Assembly (NCBI GenBank): GCA_024704765.1
Contig: JAKMXF010000331.1
Location: 95,362 to 105,986, forward strand
DNA: 10,625 bases
Source: Oopsacas minuta
Lineage: Eukaryota; Animalia; Porifera
Reading direction: 5' to 3'
The translations under genes were made by a program, and so were the position numbers. Shown here in pieces: positions 9,229 to 10,625 of this stretch (the first letter of the stretch is position 1; the number at the start of each line of letters is the position of its first letter). Below the pieces are notes generated by a model that did not search any database, was not told the DNA's origin, and was given only the letters and a program-made list of their open reading frames with translations.

Positions 9229-9729
9229 GCGAAAGTTCCTAGGCACGACTTCAGAAAACCTAAGATTATGTATACCATCTTCTTCAGTAGTCATGGAATT
9301 GTCTTGCAATTACCTTGTGAGAGTGGCAAAGCTGTTACTGCTACTTTCTTTACAGAGCAAGTGCTTCCAAATTTGATAAAAAATATAGAAAAGTACCGCC
9401 CGAAAACCGGAACTCGAGGAATGAAGATTTTAATTGATAACGCCAGTTCCCATACAGCTAAGCTTACCAAAAATTTCTTGGTTGTAGAAGGGTTAGAATT
9501 ACTTCCCCATCCACCATACTCACTAGACCTAGCTCCATGTGATTTTTGGCTTTTCCCCAAGCTTAAAATCTACCTTCAAGGCAAAGATTTTAATGCATTA
9601 CAAGCACTCGGAACGGGTCTGTACCAGTACTTCAAATCCATCCCCGAAGAAGTGTACAGAAATGTGTTTTACAAGTGGGTGGAAAGGTTAAAACTTTGTG
9701 TATCTGCAGGAGGGGATTACTTTGAATAA
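9229..9729 (+). CDS. mariner transposase C-terminal catalytic half (open frame; first Asp lies in the gap)
   Basis: AKVPRHDFRKPKIMYTIFFSSHGIV...ILIDNASSH...HPPYSLDLAPCDFWLFPKLK...GGDYFE*. Exactly 34 residues between the Asp of DNASSH and the Asp of APCD. The canonical YSPDLAP motif reads YSLDLAP here. Confidence 0.9.
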   Translation, partial: AKVPRHDFRKPKIMYTIFFSSHGIVLQLPCESGKAVTATFFTEQVLPNLIKNIEKYRPKTGTRGMKILIDNASSHTAKLTKNFLVVEGLELLPHPPYSLDLAPCDFWLFPKLKIYLQGKDFNALQALGTGLYQYFKSIPEEVYRNVFYKWVERLKLCVSAGGDYFE

Positions 9730-9809
9730 ATAATATAGTGAATTAGTGTGTGTAGTGTTTGCATCATATTCTATGATATCACCCGCAAGGCTTATTGAAC
9801 TCTCTGGTA

Positions 9810-9897
9810 AAGCTGACAGGATGACTGCTATTGAAAACATCAAGGCCGGTTAGAAAGTTCAAAAGAAAACATATGACATCAAAGTTAAACACAACAG
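9810..9897 (+). pseudogene. Integrase gene exon 5, 3' part (resumes after the mariner)
   Basis: KADRMTAIENIKAG*KVQKKTYDIKVKHN matches the A..NI..AQ.KQK..YD motif of Gypsy/GIN integrases. TAG at 9851 replaces Gln. Donor AG|GTAAGC at 9898, phase 2. Confidence 0.8.
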
Positions 9898-10165
9898 GTA
9901 AGCAATAACGAAACACATTCTTGTTGTGATGTAACATAATGGAATTTCAATACATCATCTCTCACTAAATTCAATTAGATTCACTAATTGTTGCATAATC
10001 AGATAAATATGAAATAGTCTTGAATCGGAACTGATTTCTTGCTACATCAATTACATGAATTCTTAAATTCCAAACACTTGCTTTTAGTTATAAAATTTGC
10101 AGCAGTACAAACTGTAAGTAATTGGCACATTATAATTCTTTGTATAATCATTGTTGTAACTTTAG

Positions 10166-10211
10166 ATCAGAATTTGTGGAAGGAGACGAAGTACTTGTAC
10201 ATAACACAAGT
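10166..10211 (+). pseudogene. Integrase gene exon 6 start (truncated before a GPY/F motif)
   Basis: Acceptor TTTAG (10164-10165), phase-2 compatible (AG|A = Arg), then SEFVEGDEVLVHNTS, matching the F..GD.VLV motif. Similarity is lost after ~10211 and the frame stops at ~10251. Confidence 0.7.
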
Positions 10212-10625
10212 CAACAAAATTTAAATTCATTTTCTCATCAAGTATTAGATTAACATTTTCTAAGCTAGTTTTTTACGCAGAATTCAAATCTGTTTTCAGA
10301 TTCTTTCCAGCACGTTCAGTTACTTTTCCATCTACAAGTCAACGATTTTTATGTATTTCCTAAATTTTTCCTGTTATTTTATGGTAGTGGCTGTCTTTTT
10401 GTCTTCTTACATGATGGTCATCTGAAATAACTCAACGTTTCGATGTTTTTAGATTAATGCCAAGATAATATCAGTTATGATCCTAGCTCTTAGATATAAT
10501 TATTCACATTCATGCATGTATCAACTACTCACAAACTAAGGGGAAATACATATCCATCTAGAAGTATAAAGGTAGCTAACTAAATTAAAAGTGTTGAGAA
10601 TACGACTTACTTTTATATATCTTGT

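Larger units (their letters stand above)
8274..9807 (+). mobile_element. mariner (Tc1/mariner, DD34D) transposon spanning an assembly gap
   Basis: 27-bp imperfect TIRs: TCAGGGCGCTCAATGAGTCTTGCGGGT (8274-8300) versus rc of 9781-9807 CCAGAGAGTTCAATAAGCCTTGCGGGT (21/27). TA at 9808-9809 on the right and CA (likely mutated TA) at 8272-8273 on the left. Transposase inside. Confidence 0.92.
5986..10211 (+). pseudogene. Decayed intron-containing Gypsy-type integrase/transposase gene (Ginger1/GIN-like), at least 6 exons, interrupted by a mariner
   Basis: Exons: 5986-6129, 6347-6520, 7052-7363, ~7739-7844, ~7928/7956-8273 joined to 9810-9897, and 10166-~10211. The spliced product has H-x29-CxxC and D-x58-D-x35-E spacing, TTAYHPQSN, WxxxL...NT...STxxTPxFLMFGR, AIENIK.G.KVQKKTYD and FVEGDEVLV. 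It carries stops (7142, 9851) and frameshifts. Confidence 0.85.

Noticed and set aside
8733-9309. Long ORFs 8733-9242, 8772-9278 and 8782-9309
   Set aside because: Artefacts of translation through the N gap.
9291-9560. Minus-strand 89-aa ORF (likewise 8504-8701, 4863-5105, 4883-5137, 5933-6124, 6398-6595)
   Set aside because: Antisense or alternate-frame shadows of identified transposase/integrase coding sequence, with no independent motifs.
8463-9729. SETMAR/Metnase-like domesticated gene
   Set aside because: No SET domain; TIRs and a TA target site are present and the N-terminus is frameshifted, so this is a transposon copy.
5805-10206. TGTTATGTA (5805-5813) and TACATAACA (10198-10206) as Ginger TIRs
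   Set aside because: Only 9 bp, does not extend, flanks GCAC and CAAG do not match, and the right copy lies within exon 6 coding sequence. 5805 remains only a weak candidate 5' end.
5986-10211. Interpretation as the pol gene of a Gypsy LTR retrotransposon
   Set aside because: No LTRs, gag, protease, RT or RNase H seen. The integrase starts at its own ATG and is split by phase-compatible spliceosomal introns.
1-10625. CRISPR array, tRNA, rRNA or prokaryotic operon
   Set aside because: No regularly spaced repeats, cloverleaf structures or rRNA-like sequence; spliceosomal introns and eukaryotic TE families indicate a eukaryote.

Overview
AT-rich eukaryotic (probably invertebrate) DNA made almost entirely of nested DNA transposons and their remnants, with no intact host gene, RNA gene or CRISPR array. 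The main feature is invisible in the ORF track: a decayed, intron-split Gypsy-type integrase gene on the + strand (about 5986-10211, at least 6 exons). Splicing the exons at GT-AG sites gives a YPYY-like N-terminus, an H-x29-CxxC zinc-finger spacing, a D-x58-D-x35-E catalytic triad and an integrase C-terminal region, with no RT, RNase H or protease. This fits a Ginger1/GIN-type element. A mariner (DD34D) transposon (8274-9807, containing a 427-N gap) has inserted into one of its exons. Upstream lie an internally deleted Chapaev3 transposon (4298-5666; perfect 13-bp TIRs, TTA TSD) carrying a ~99-bp Helitron-like insert, two related MITEs with 6-bp TSDs (2856-3066, 6584-6689), a hAT-type element with an 8-bp TSD (411-858) and several orphan termini. 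Family assignments come from motif recognition by eye; no database search was run.
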